Shown piece after piece: positions 26,155 to 36,500 of a stretch of DNA of 53,821 nt; positions within the stretch are counted from its first letter, which is position 1; every line of letters starts with the position of its first letter. This DNA is from a virus. Lineage: Duplodnaviria; Caudoviricetes. The notes beneath the pieces were generated by a model, which was not told where the DNA came from, did not search any database, and was given only the letters and a program-made list of their open reading frames with translations. The DNA lies in the IMG/VR virus record IMGVR_UViG_3300037993_000169, positions 1-53,821 of that record; one strand, 5' to 3'. The position numbers were made by a program, and so were the translations under genes.

Positions 26155-27117
26155 ATGGGTAACCGTTCCACGATAGGACTTGCCATGATTGTCAAAAACG
26201 AAGAGGAAAGAGTCGGCGCGGCTCTCGATTCCGTCAAAGGCCTTGACGAATTGAAGGTGTTGGACACCGGCTCGACGGACAAAACGGGCGAGGTAGTGCG
26301 TGATCACGGCGGAGATTTTATTGAGGGCTATATTTGGAACCAAAACTATGCAGAAGCCCGGAACAAGTCCATAAGGCTCTGTACCACCGATTGGATTTTG
26401 TATATCAACGCGGGCGAAAGAATGGACCCCGGCGGAGTGGATGAGTTGAGGCGTAGCATTGGCCTTATAGAAGAGGGATACCCGCAGATACAGGGCGGCG
26501 ACGTGCTGATGTATAACGCCGCCAACCCCTCAGATGCATTTCCGGGTACAAGGCTCATCAAAAACAGCCCGGACATCTGTTTTAACGAGAAGTACCGCAT
26601 TCACGAATACCCGAATGTGCTTCAAAAAGCGGATTTGAGAGACGCCGTGAGGGTCAGTTTCAGGCCCCGCCCCGCAGGCAACGGCGATTACAACGAGCGC
26701 CTTTTCATCATCGAACAGATGGTCAGGGAAGACCCGCACGATCTGAGGCTACACTACATCGCGGCCAGGGAATATCAGGTCAACAAGTTCTATCCCAACG
26801 CGATCTATTTTTACGACAGGTATCTCAGGACGAGGACTGAAAAAGCTTTTTGGAATGAGAGGGCCGAGCTTGCCGACGTGTATTTTTCACTTGCCTTGTG
26901 TCTTTATGAGATGCGCGAATGGAAGCCGGCAAAAGTCAATCTTGCTCTCGCCTTGACTGTCAATGCGGATTTCAAGGAAGCGGCTCAGCTCCTGGCTAAA
27001 ATAGCCAGCGAGGATGTTGACGACCCCAATGGGGAGTTGAATGCGGGACGGTGGGCCTACATATCGGAAGCGGCACAGAATAGAAAAATGGGCTTTAAGT
27101 CCAAAGGAATCTTCTGA
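26155..27117 (+). CDS. Family 2 glycosyltransferase with TPR-like C-terminus
   Basis: AMIVKNEE, VLDTGSTDKT, W..NYAEARN, DWILYINAGE and RIHE, then DPHDLRLHYIAAREY and further TPR-like helices; resembles protein (flagellin) glycosyltransferases. Confidence 0.88.
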   Translation: MGNRSTIGLAMIVKNEEERVGAALDSVKGLDELKVLDTGSTDKTGEVVRDHGGDFIEGYIWNQNYAEARNKSIRLCTTDWILYINAGERMDPGGVDELRRSIGLIEEGYPQIQGGDVLMYNAANPSDAFPGTRLIKNSPDICFNEKYRIHEYPNVLQKADLRDAVRVSFRPRPAGNGDYNERLFIIEQMVREDPHDLRLHYIAAREYQVNKFYPNAIYFYDRYLRTRTEKAFWNERAELADVYFSLALCLYEMREWKPAKVNLALALTVNADFKEAAQLLAKIASEDVDDPNGELNAGRWAYISEAAQNRKMGFKSKGIF

Positions 27118-27133
27118 AAAGGAGGTGAAGAAC

Positions 27134-27262
27134 ATGAAAAAGAAGACCGCGAAACAGGGCAAGGCGGATGCGCCCAAGAAGAAACCTTTCGGCTCTCACA
27201 CCGGTTTTGGCGAAGAGATGCGCGAGGGTCATGCTGCAACGAAGAAAAAGGGCAAGAAGTAG
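27134..27262 (+). CDS. Small Lys-rich protein (42 aa)
   Basis: SD AAGGAGGTG; MKKKTAKQGKADAPKKKPFG...KKKGKK. Confidence 0.65.
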   Translation: MKKKTAKQGKADAPKKKPFGSHTGFGEEMREGHAATKKKGKK

Positions 27263-27285
27263 GCCCCTTCGGGGGCCTCATTTTC
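27261..27285 (+). terminator. Probable intrinsic terminator
   Basis: AGGCCCC-TTCG-GGGGCCT followed by CATTTTC. Confidence 0.6.
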
Positions 27286-27303
27286 TCTAAGGAGACGTGA
27301 TTT

Positions 27304-27774
27304 ATGGCTATTGATCTATTCCCGATGGCGCTTTACAGAGACGAGCTCGACCCGATAGTCGTCAATAACGAAGAAGAGCGCCAAGCGAGGCTTGCGGAGG
27401 GCTGGAAGGACCGGCCGACATACGACCCGAAGAAAGAGGACTATGACCCGAACATGAGCAAGGTTATAGCCGTGGAGTTTCAGAAGTTCCCTTGCGCCGT
27501 GTACCACCCGGACGGCCGCGCAGAAGTCGCCCGTAACCAGGTGGCGCTCGACCGCTATCTTCTCGAAGGCTGGGCGGAAAGAATAGGCGAGTGGGACGAG
27601 CGCGGCACCATCGAGCGCAAGGTGGAGACCCTGAGGGCACAGCTTGACGAGGCAGAGGCGCAGCTTGCAGCCTTCGATGCAGAGCAGGAAGGCAAGGCGG
27701 CAGGGAACGCACTGATAGAAGAGGAACCGGAGAAGAGAGGGAGGGGCAACCCCAACTTTCGAAAGAAGGCGTAA
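27304..27774 (+). CDS. Hypothetical virion-module protein with a duplicated FPxxxY...EGW motif
   Basis: FPMALY...LAEGW and FPCAVY...LLEGW; coiled-coil C-terminus; SD AAGGAG. Confidence 0.7.
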   Translation: MAIDLFPMALYRDELDPIVVNNEEERQARLAEGWKDRPTYDPKKEDYDPNMSKVIAVEFQKFPCAVYHPDGRAEVARNQVALDRYLLEGWAERIGEWDERGTIERKVETLRAQLDEAEAQLAAFDAEQEGKAAGNALIEEEPEKRGRGNPNFRKKA

Positions 27775-28521
27775 ATGATCCTTACTGCTTTGCAGATGGT
27801 CACTGAAGCCCTCGGACTTGCCGGTGCCCTGCGTATGGACGAGCCGGTTGATCCGACCGTGGCGCAGAGGGCGCTTATTCCCTTCAACCTCATGCTCGGG
27901 TTTCTCAGCAGCAAGGGATGGATGAAGCGCGCCACGATTTACGCCTCGGCACCGATCACGTCACCGAACTACATTTACACCATCGGCATCGGCGGCGCCA
28001 TCGCCATGCAAAAGCCCTTGTCAATCGTCTCGGCGTTCACCAGGGACGGCACATCCATCGATCGGCAGCTCGACATCATCTCTCCGAATGAAATGGATGT
28101 GTTTCCTGATAAAAGCTACCTCGTGGCGCCCCCTGAAAAGCTTGCCTATGACCCTGGCCCCACCCAGCAGGCGGCACAGACGGCTCTCGGGACCCTAACC
28201 TTTTATCCTATTCCGGATCAGCCCTACACGCTTTTCTTCAGGTCCGACGAGGGATTTACGCAGTTCGCTTTTCTGACGGACATCGCGTCATTTCCCGATG
28301 AGTACCAGGAGGCGCTTGTCTATAACCTGACGAGGCGGATATGGAACAAGTACCACAACGAGAAAACCGACCCCTGTCCGCAGGAGATCAAGACCATCGC
28401 GCAGAACGGCCTCGACGCCATCGCGGAATTGAACTACGAGGACCCGGCTGTGCTGATGGACGTGCCGACCAGCGGGAGAAGCAAGGGGATTTACAACATA
28501 TTGAGCGATAGCTACCAATGA
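27775..28521 (+). CDS. Head-to-tail adaptor (P22 gp4-like)
   Basis: TA..MVTEAL...G, N.ML, YPIPD and P.EYQEALVYNL motifs; located before the gp10-like gene. Confidence 0.75.
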   Translation: MILTALQMVTEALGLAGALRMDEPVDPTVAQRALIPFNLMLGFLSSKGWMKRATIYASAPITSPNYIYTIGIGGAIAMQKPLSIVSAFTRDGTSIDRQLDIISPNEMDVFPDKSYLVAPPEKLAYDPGPTQQAAQTALGTLTFYPIPDQPYTLFFRSDEGFTQFAFLTDIASFPDEYQEALVYNLTRRIWNKYHNEKTDPCPQEIKTIAQNGLDAIAELNYEDPAVLMDVPTSGRSKGIYNILSDSYQ

Positions 28522-29987
28522 AGATTGATTTTTTGTCTCCTTCCACCGACTACGCAGGCAGATCCCCGGACTGGATCGGGAATCGCTGTGTCAACTGGTA
28601 CCTCGAAGTCTCGGCGGGAGGCCCAGGCAGCAAGTCAAAACTGATACTCATCGGCTCGCCGGGCACCGTCCTTGCTTTTACCGTGGGCGTAGGACCCATC
28701 CGGGGGATGCACGTCTTCAACAACACGCTTTTCGTCGTCTCGGGAGAACAGCTTTTCTCTGTCCCACCCGCAGGCACAATCCCCTTGGTGCTCGGTACGC
28801 TCTTGACGTCGGTCGGCCGCATCGTCATAAAAGACAACGGCATCAAGGACGCGAACGATATCGGCGGAAATCAGTTGATGATAGTCGACGGGGTTGAGGG
28901 CTATATCTACAACATTTCGACGGGGGCCTTCAGCACCATCACGGGCGGCGGATGGCCGGGCACCCCTTCGAACCTCGAATACATAGATGGCTATTTCATC
29001 ATCCCGGTTGTCAACTCCATGAGTGCCTTTGCCTCCAATCTCTATGACGGTACGACTTGGAACGCCCTTGCAACATCGCCCGTCGAGGCTGCCCCGGATG
29101 TCCTTCAGGCACCTATGAACAGCCATGACCAGCTTTTCATGCTGAAGCAATACACGTCCGAAGTCTGGCAGAATATGGGGACCGCCCCTGCGGCAGGCTT
29201 CCCTTTTCAGCGGATACCCGGCGCCGTATTCGACTATGGCACCTCGGCCCCCTTATCCGTCGGGCGCGGAGATAATTCTTTCTTCATGCTCGCCAACCAG
29301 CGGAACAACGACGGCGGGGAGTTTGTCGGCGCGGTCGAATTCAACGGCAGCTTTCAGATCATCAGCCCCCCCGGCATCACCTACCAGATGTCCTTATGGC
29401 CCACACTGCTCGATGCCTTCGGCTATACCTATTCCGACGGCGGGCACACCTTCTACGTCGTCACCAGCCCGAGCGGCAACCAGACCTTTGTTTATGACGC
29501 CAGTACCCAGCTCTGGCACGAAAGATCGACCTACACGGGCTCACCCTACACAATCGGTCGGCACATAGCCAGTTGCTACGCCTACTTCAACGGCATGCAC
29601 CTCGTGGGGGATTATGCGAGCGGGAATATCTACCAGATGTCCTCAAGCATTTACCAGGACAACGGCAGCCCCCTTGTGTCCATGCGCGTGGGCGGACACG
29701 TCTATGACCCCGAGAACCTCTCGCCCATCTTCATCAGACAGTTGACCGTCGATGTAGAAACGGGCGGCGGCATCGTCGGAAGCGAGGAACCCGCCAGTAT
29801 GGCTATGGCATTCTCTGCGGACGGTGGGCATACCTTTTCAAACGATTACGTGCGCTCGATAGGCTCGGGAGGGCAATACGGCAAGCGCGTCGTCTGGTAC
29901 GAGATCGGGTCATTCGTGGATTTTGTACCGCGGCTGACGATCAGCGACAACTGTCAAAGGAATGTTATGGGAGTATATGTCCGATGA
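28518..29987 (+). CDS. Tail nozzle/packaged-DNA stabilisation protein (P22 gp10-like)
   Basis: RCVNWY, GPIRGMH, YIDGYF, SEVW, GHTFYV, TFVYDASTQLWHER and SADGGHTFS. Confidence 0.9.
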   Translation: MKIDFLSPSTDYAGRSPDWIGNRCVNWYLEVSAGGPGSKSKLILIGSPGTVLAFTVGVGPIRGMHVFNNTLFVVSGEQLFSVPPAGTIPLVLGTLLTSVGRIVIKDNGIKDANDIGGNQLMIVDGVEGYIYNISTGAFSTITGGGWPGTPSNLEYIDGYFIIPVVNSMSAFASNLYDGTTWNALATSPVEAAPDVLQAPMNSHDQLFMLKQYTSEVWQNMGTAPAAGFPFQRIPGAVFDYGTSAPLSVGRGDNSFFMLANQRNNDGGEFVGAVEFNGSFQIISPPGITYQMSLWPTLLDAFGYTYSDGGHTFYVVTSPSGNQTFVYDASTQLWHERSTYTGSPYTIGRHIASCYAYFNGMHLVGDYASGNIYQMSSSIYQDNGSPLVSMRVGGHVYDPENLSPIFIRQLTVDVETGGGIVGSEEPASMAMAFSADGGHTFSNDYVRSIGSGGQYGKRVVWYEIGSFVDFVPRLTISDNCQRNVMGVYVR

Positions 29988-30226
29988 TTACCCCCGCCCC
30001 GCTCAATATCCCGATATCGCCCAAGGGGCCGAGCGTCAGTGACCCCGCGTGGATGAACTGGTTTAACCTCGTGGACCGCCTGCCCGTGTATGTCACGGCG
30101 ACATTGCCGGCAGCGGGGACGAAGATGGACGGGAAGCTTATTATGGAGAACACGGGCACCGGGGCGAACCTCATCATGTATACCGGCGGCGCCAGGTACA
30201 GGATAGTAGGGGGGACAGCGTTCTAA
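29984..30226 (+). CDS. Hypothetical tail-associated protein
   Basis: ATGA-coupled to the gp10-like gene; W..WF motif. Confidence 0.65.
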   Translation: MITPAPLNIPISPKGPSVSDPAWMNWFNLVDRLPVYVTATLPAAGTKMDGKLIMENTGTGANLIMYTGGARYRIVGGTAF

Positions 30227-30236
30227 GGAGGGCTTC

Positions 30237-30395
30237 ATGCCTGTAACAGTGAAAAAGAAGGGCAAAAAATACGAAGTGAAAACCCCGAACGGCATTAAGG
30301 CCAAGGGCACCACGAAAAAGAAGGCCAAGGCGCAGGAGCGGCTTTTGAACGCGATAGATCACGGATTCAAGCCTGACAAGAAGGGGAAGAAATAG
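30237..30395 (+). CDS. Small Lys-rich protein (52 aa)
   Basis: Hand translation MPVTVKKKGKKYEVKTPNGIKAKGTTKKKAKAQERLLNAIDHGFKPDKKGKK; SD AAGGAGG. Confidence 0.7.
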   Translation: MPVTVKKKGKKYEVKTPNGIKAKGTTKKKAKAQERLLNAIDHGFKPDKKGKK

Positions 30396-30396
30396 G

Positions 30397-30900
30397 ATGC
30401 TCATTTACCGGCACGAGATTCTTACCGACCGCCTCATAGAAGAGATGGAAGTTATGTTTGACCTCTACCTTGAGGAAGTGGCCGCCCCCTTTCATGACTT
30501 CCCGTGGGATGTGAATTGGGGACTTTACAAAGGGTTTCAAGAAGCCGACAGCCTTCGCATCATAGCTGGTCGCACCGAGGTGGGGCAGTTAAAAGCCTTC
30601 GCCGTGGCGGTCATTGGGCAGCATCCGCACTACGCTTGCATCCACGCAACGGTGCCGCTCTTTTTTCTCCACCCCGATTTCAGGAAGGGCATGGAAGGCG
30701 TCAGGCTCCGGAACATGATCGAAAAGCTTGCGGCCGATTCGGGGGCACAGTTGATTTTAATGCACGGAGGTCATCACAACCGCGTATGGAAACTATTCGA
30801 GGCCGGAGGTTTTCAGGACTTCGGACAATACGGGGTTAAGGTCCTCCCCAACGGGCCGTTAGGTACTCGTCCTATTTACAAGACGAAGAGAGGTGCGTAA
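30397..30900 (+). CDS. GNAT-fold acetyltransferase-like protein
   Basis: FFLHPDFRKGMEG (acetyl-CoA motif A) and KLFEAGGF; sits just before the ejection genes. Confidence 0.8.
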   Translation: MLIYRHEILTDRLIEEMEVMFDLYLEEVAAPFHDFPWDVNWGLYKGFQEADSLRIIAGRTEVGQLKAFAVAVIGQHPHYACIHATVPLFFLHPDFRKGMEGVRLRNMIEKLAADSGAQLILMHGGHHNRVWKLFEAGGFQDFGQYGVKVLPNGPLGTRPIYKTKRGA

Positions 30901-31670
30901 TGGGCGGCATGATTTTAGGCGGGGCGGCGATAGGCGGGATTCTCGGTATCGGCAGCTCGGCGATATCCGCCAGCGGCGCAGAATCGGCGGCGAACACGGC
31001 GGCATCTGCACAGGAGGCCGGCCAGCAGCTTACCTATGCGGAATGGCAGCAGCAACAGGCGAACATGCAGCCTTGGCTCACGGCGGGCACGAAAGCCGTC
31101 AACCAGCTCTCCGCAAATTCCCAGGCAGGAGCATACAACCCTCCGGCCTTTTCCTTCAATCCTCAGACCGTCTCCCAGAACCCCGATTATCAGTTTGTCA
31201 TGGGTCAAGGTACGGCGGCACTCGCATCCCAGGCAGCAGCAGCCGGTAATTACGGCTCCGGTAACATGGGAACCGCCCTTGAGAATTACGGCCAGGGCCT
31301 TGCGAGCACCTATGAGAACCAGTATTACAACCAGGCCCTCCAAACCTACGGCCAGAACCTGAACTCCCAGTACACGATGCCCTACAACTTCCTCGCAGGC
31401 ATCTCCGGAACCGGGCAGAACCAGTCTCAGGCAATGGGATCCCTGGGATTGCAGGCGGCAAACACCATGGGGCAATACGGCGTGGGTGCAGGGAACGCGC
31501 TTGCTTCCGGTACGATGGGGGCAACAAATGCCTATGCGGGCGGGATAAACAGCGTCGCAAATCAATTCGGCTCCGGATACAGCAATTATGCGCTCATGAA
31601 CTACCTGAATAATCAGAATAGCGGTAACAGCATGGCAGGCACAGGCGGGGAATTTTGGGACACCATATAA
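30900..31670 (+). CDS. DNA ejection protein (P22 gp7-like)
   Basis: Gly/Ala/Ser-rich hydrophobic N-terminus, QPW..AG, NPDYQF...QG and SGN...AL..YGQGLAS. Confidence 0.75.
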   Translation: MGGMILGGAAIGGILGIGSSAISASGAESAANTAASAQEAGQQLTYAEWQQQQANMQPWLTAGTKAVNQLSANSQAGAYNPPAFSFNPQTVSQNPDYQFVMGQGTAALASQAAAAGNYGSGNMGTALENYGQGLASTYENQYYNQALQTYGQNLNSQYTMPYNFLAGISGTGQNQSQAMGSLGLQAANTMGQYGVGAGNALASGTMGATNAYAGGINSVANQFGSGYSNYALMNYLNNQNSGNSMAGTGGEFWDTI

Positions 31671-31701
31671 TTATGGAGAATGGCAGTAAGGGAGGCGCCT
31701 T

Positions 31702-33552
31702 ATGTCGTGGGAAAATTTACTTGCGCCATACCAGAGTCCGAATCAGATCAATACCGTAGGGCAGAACGTCAGCCAGGCGGTCAATAACGTGGCGGGCATG
31801 CAAGGCATTCAGAACAACTCCTACACGAACGCCCTGAATCAGATTGCCGTGCAGAACGCGCAGACCGATCAGGCATTTCAGAACTGGCTTAACGCGCAGC
31901 TTGGAGCACCGCAGGCACAGCCCGGCAACTTTCTGACGCCTCCGCAGAGCGATCAGGGGACCAACGGCGCAGACACAACGGCGGCGGCACCGACAAATCA
32001 GGTAGCGCCCACAGACGATCAAACCGCCGTAAACCAGATCGCAAGTCCGCAAGGCATGATACCGGGTCAGCCGAACCAGTTGGTACAGCCACCGACGAAT
32101 CAAATGGTGGCAGGACCGGGCGCACCCGCGAATCAACCCGGCGTTGCGCCTCAGCCTTCGCCACAGCCCGTTTCTCCCACCGGCGCGCCTTCTATGCCGG
32201 GTCAGCCCTCGAACGCAGTCGCAGGAGCAGCAGGGCCGCAAATGACGCCCGCACAAGCCGGAGGCATGGACCTCTCCAAAGTCCCGCCTCAGTTCCGCAC
32301 CCGGTATATTCAGTACCTTCAGCAGCAGCAGGCCATAGCCCAGAAGGCGGACAAGGAAAATATGGCGCAGTGGCAGCCCTGGTTCAAAGATGCCATAGCA
32401 TCCGGCAAGGACTCGGCCGTGCAGGGTGTCCTCACCGCGGCAGCCAGCCAGCCGGGCAGTGTGGGGCAAATGGCAAAACAGTTCCTTTCCATGGGCTTCA
32501 AGGTGACCGGGCCGAAGGACTTTCAGATCACCACGACCGTCACAGCCGAGCAGGCCGCGAAGTGGGCGAAGGATAGCCCCGACAGAGCGGAAGAGATCTC
32601 CGAGCTCGTGGGGAAGAAGGTCAACGCGAAATTCACCAACGGGCAGTTCGCCGGGGCAAAAGAGGTAAAGAAGTCGGCAGAGCATAGCACTGACTTCGCC
32701 ACCTTCAAAGCGGGCATGGTGCAGAAGCCCGGAGAGTCTGACACGGATTACAACGCCCGAGTGTCGAAAGCGTGGGGCGATGAACAGATAAGGCGGACGG
32801 GCGGAAAGGCCAAGGCCACATCTGAAGCCATAGGAGGCGAAAGCACCCCATTTAAGGAATGGACCGACCAGCAAAAAAATACATGGTTTCAGATGACGGA
32901 GCAGGACCGCCAGTCGAAGCCTGATTTTGGATATCGGGACAACGAATCGAAGCGCCTCTACAACCAGCAGTTTGCTCAATGGCTCGCCAATAAAGGCAGG
33001 ACCGGGCGGGAAACCGTCGCAGGACAACAGGAATGGAAGGCCGACAGCGCAGCCCTGAAAGACCTGAGAAAGCGCGAAGAGCTTATAGGAACCTTCGTCA
33101 ACAGGATAGGTGCGACATCCGGTGTGGTGGAACGGCTTTACAAAAACCTAAACAACCGCGATTCACGGCTTGCGAATAAGCCCATAAACGCGCTGAAGGG
33201 CATAGTTGGCTCCGGCGATCTTGCGGCCGTCAGGCTTGCAATGACCAGCCTTTCAAACGAAGTCGGCAAAGTCGAATCGGGATCGCTCGGTATTGCGGGT
33301 ATCTCCGTGGATCAGGCCAAAATCATGGCAAAAATCCACGATGAGAACCTGAGCCTTGCCGACATAATGAAGGTCATCCAGACCGGAAAAGACTTGGGTG
33401 AAACGGCTAAGAGCAGTGTTCATACCCAGGTGACGGACCTCGAACGGAAAATGACCGGGAAAGGCGGCGCAAAGACCGTCGTCCGTACCGGCACGTACAA
33501 CGGCAAGAAGGTAAACCAGTATTCGGACGGGACAGTGGATTATGCCGAGTAG
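31702..33552 (+). CDS. Putative DNA ejection protein (gp20 position)
   Basis: Gln/Pro/Asn-rich N-terminal half and helical C-terminal half; lies between the gp7-like and the large ejection gene. Confidence 0.6.
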   Translation: MSWENLLAPYQSPNQINTVGQNVSQAVNNVAGMQGIQNNSYTNALNQIAVQNAQTDQAFQNWLNAQLGAPQAQPGNFLTPPQSDQGTNGADTTAAAPTNQVAPTDDQTAVNQIASPQGMIPGQPNQLVQPPTNQMVAGPGAPANQPGVAPQPSPQPVSPTGAPSMPGQPSNAVAGAAGPQMTPAQAGGMDLSKVPPQFRTRYIQYLQQQQAIAQKADKENMAQWQPWFKDAIASGKDSAVQGVLTAAASQPGSVGQMAKQFLSMGFKVTGPKDFQITTTVTAEQAAKWAKDSPDRAEEISELVGKKVNAKFTNGQFAGAKEVKKSAEHSTDFATFKAGMVQKPGESDTDYNARVSKAWGDEQIRRTGGKAKATSEAIGGESTPFKEWTDQQKNTWFQMTEQDRQSKPDFGYRDNESKRLYNQQFAQWLANKGRTGRETVAGQQEWKADSAALKDLRKREELIGTFVNRIGATSGVVERLYKNLNNRDSRLANKPINALKGIVGSGDLAAVRLAMTSLSNEVGKVESGSLGIAGISVDQAKIMAKIHDENLSLADIMKVIQTGKDLGETAKSSVHTQVTDLERKMTGKGGAKTVVRTGTYNGKKVNQYSDGTVDYAE

Positions 33553-36500
33553 TATCGACATCTCGCAGGTCAAGTGGGACAACGCCGACTCCATAAGCGC
33601 GCTGTTCGGCGCCGATGCGGATAAGGCGAAGCGTATCATAAAGGCGGAATCGTCCGGCGACCCCACCGCCAGGCACACGAACAAGAACGGCACCCATGAC
33701 GGGGGGCTGTTTCAGATCAACTCCGTTCATCTCCCCGAATTGAAGAAGGCGGGGATAATAAAAGACGAGCAGGATCTGTTTGACCCCGAGAAGAACACGG
33801 CGGCGGCGGCATATCTTCATCACAACAAGGGGTGGCAACCTTGGGAGGCATCGAAAGCGAAGTGGGGCGAAGAAAAGCCCGTAGACAAGCCGGTCGCTAT
33901 CGACCCCGATAAAGTAAAATGGGACGAGGAACCGGCAAAGCCCCCGCAGGAAGAACAAACCAAACCCAAGACAGCAGCGAAACCCCCGGAACCGACCTTC
34001 GCACAGAAAGCCGCGCCATTTGTGCGGCCACTCCTCGAGACCGGCGGCGCCATGGCCGTCGGTACGCTCGCGGCCCCCTTCAATGTCATCGCCCCCGGAG
34101 TCTCCGAAGCATTGGGGGTAGCCGGAGGCTATCTTGCTGGGAAGTATGCGGCCGACCTCTACGACGAGACCATAGCCCGGACGAAGAAACCGCCCACACC
34201 AAAAGAGGCGGTCTCTAATTTCCTTACGAAAGACGCGCCGGAAGCGCTCATGATCGGCGGGACCGGTCCCGTGATAGGCAAGTTGGGAAGCACGGCGAAA
34301 TTCGGCATGGAGAATGTCGGTCCCACCGCAGCAGGAGCACGAAGCGCCGCAGCCAAGCAAATAGCAAAGGCGACAAGCGCCGGCTCGATTTACGTCGACA
34401 ATGCCCGAGCAGCGCAAGAAATAGAAGCCCGGATACCGGGCCTGAAATTCACCCGCGGCCAGCTCACCAACGACCCGCAGGCGATCATGCTACAAAGGGC
34501 GTTGGAGCGCTCGGACACGGAAGCGGCCGGCTTCTCACAGGAGCAGAGAGCCTTTGCGAATGACGCATTGCAGCGATACTACCAATCGCACCTCACCGGC
34601 GGGCAGTACGGCATAGAAGACTTTCTGTCGACCGTCAGGGGCCAACAGACCGGCCTTGAAACCAACGTCGAGCAGCTTCAGGGCACTGTCGACGCGAAGG
34701 TGGCGGAACTCGGTAAGGCGATGCCTGTGCAAGAAACCGGGGCGACCCTCACCAAAGAAGCCCGTGAAGCCAGAACAGAGACAAAAGCGAAGGCAACGGC
34801 GCTATTCAACGAGATACCGACCGACGTCACGGTAAAAACTCAGCCCTTGTATGATGCCATCCAAGGCGTCGAAAAGGACTTTAACCCCAACGTCGAAGAT
34901 CCCGCCAACCATCCATCGAGGTTGATAAACGGGATTATGAAGGAGATCGAAGAAGCACCGGCAGCACCGAGCAAGCTTGTCGACGCCAAGGGGCAGCCCA
35001 TCACTCGCGCCAAAGAACCGAAATACATCCCCCCGCCCTACCAGGCGACCGCCGAGAGATATTCATCCGGAGGTGGTTATGTAGTGCGAACCGGTCCCAA
35101 CAGCTTTCAGAAGAGCATGAACGGCGAGGCGTGGTACAGGACCGAAGAAGAAGCCCAAAGGAACGCTACAGCCCTGAACAAGCGCAATATGAAGGCTTTC
35201 GATGAGCAGAATCAACAACTGAAAGCGCAGTGGGAAAAGGATGAGGCACGTATCAAGGAAGGGGCAAATCCAAAGCTCAAAGACCTTTCCTTCAAAGACC
35301 TGACGAAGCTCCGAAGCACTGTTCTTGCGGACCTTCGTACGGCCCGTGCATCGGCAAACCCGAACGCACGGCTTATCTCACGGCTGAATAAGATCAGGGA
35401 AGGCGTGGACGCCACAATAGACCAACTTGCGAAGAAGCCCGGCGCAGTCGGTCAGAAGTACCGCCAGGCCGCGAAGTTCTACCGTGAAGAATATGTCCAG
35501 AAGTACCGCCAGGGCGCAGTTGCCGATATCCTCCAGGCAGGGAGCAGGGGCGAAGAGACCCGCATTGCCACGGCCAATATCGCGCAAAAGTTTTTCACGA
35601 AAGACGGTGCCGACCAGTTTGTCAAATCCATAGGAAGCAAGCCCGCAGCACGCCAGGCCATGAGGGACTATGCCGCTTACGACCTTCTGAACACCGCCGT
35701 AGACCCCGCCACCGGGCAACTTAACCCCGGTCGCGTCTACCGCTGGTATTCCCACAACCGGGAAGTGCTGTCAAAGCTCGGGCTGGAAAAGGAATTCGAC
35801 AGCGTGGTCAAAATACAGCGGGCAGTCGACAACGCCCGGGGCACGCTCACCGTCTTCAATAAGTCCGTAGCATCACGGGTGCTCGGCGCGGAGCCGGAAA
35901 AGGTCATCGCAAACGCTTTTGGCGGTGCAGGCAGCAAGAACACCGCCCAGGTTGCAAAGGACCTGCTCGGACTGGCAAAGGGGAATAAGGCAGCAGAGGA
36001 AGGGCTGAGAAAGGCCTTCGCCGACTACTTCTATCAGAAGTCCGTCACCACGGCCGTCGATCGCATGGGAAACCCAGTTATCAGCGTCGCACAGATGACA
36101 AGGGTACTCCGGGAGAACGCGCCGGCCATCCGAGAGATATACAAGGGCCAGCCGGGGAAACTTCAAGCTCTGGCAGATATCCGCAATGCCTATGAAATCC
36201 TCGACCGCACGGCGAAGTCCCCTCTCGGCGGCGGCTCGGACACGGCGGAAAACATCCTAACGGTACTCGGAAAGGCGACGGAACCCGTCTTGGGCCGCTC
36301 TCGAATAATCAACACGGCCCGCATCGCATACCGCTACCTGAAGGGCATGAAGGACCAGGACGTGAATAAGCTCGTCATCAGGGCGGCATTCGATCCGGAT
36401 TTCGCGGAAGGGCTTATCATGGCGGCACGGGGCAAGGCGGCAAAAAGCGTTATCGAGGCAGGGACGAAAAAGGCCCTTGCCTTAAAGCCCGCTCCAAACC

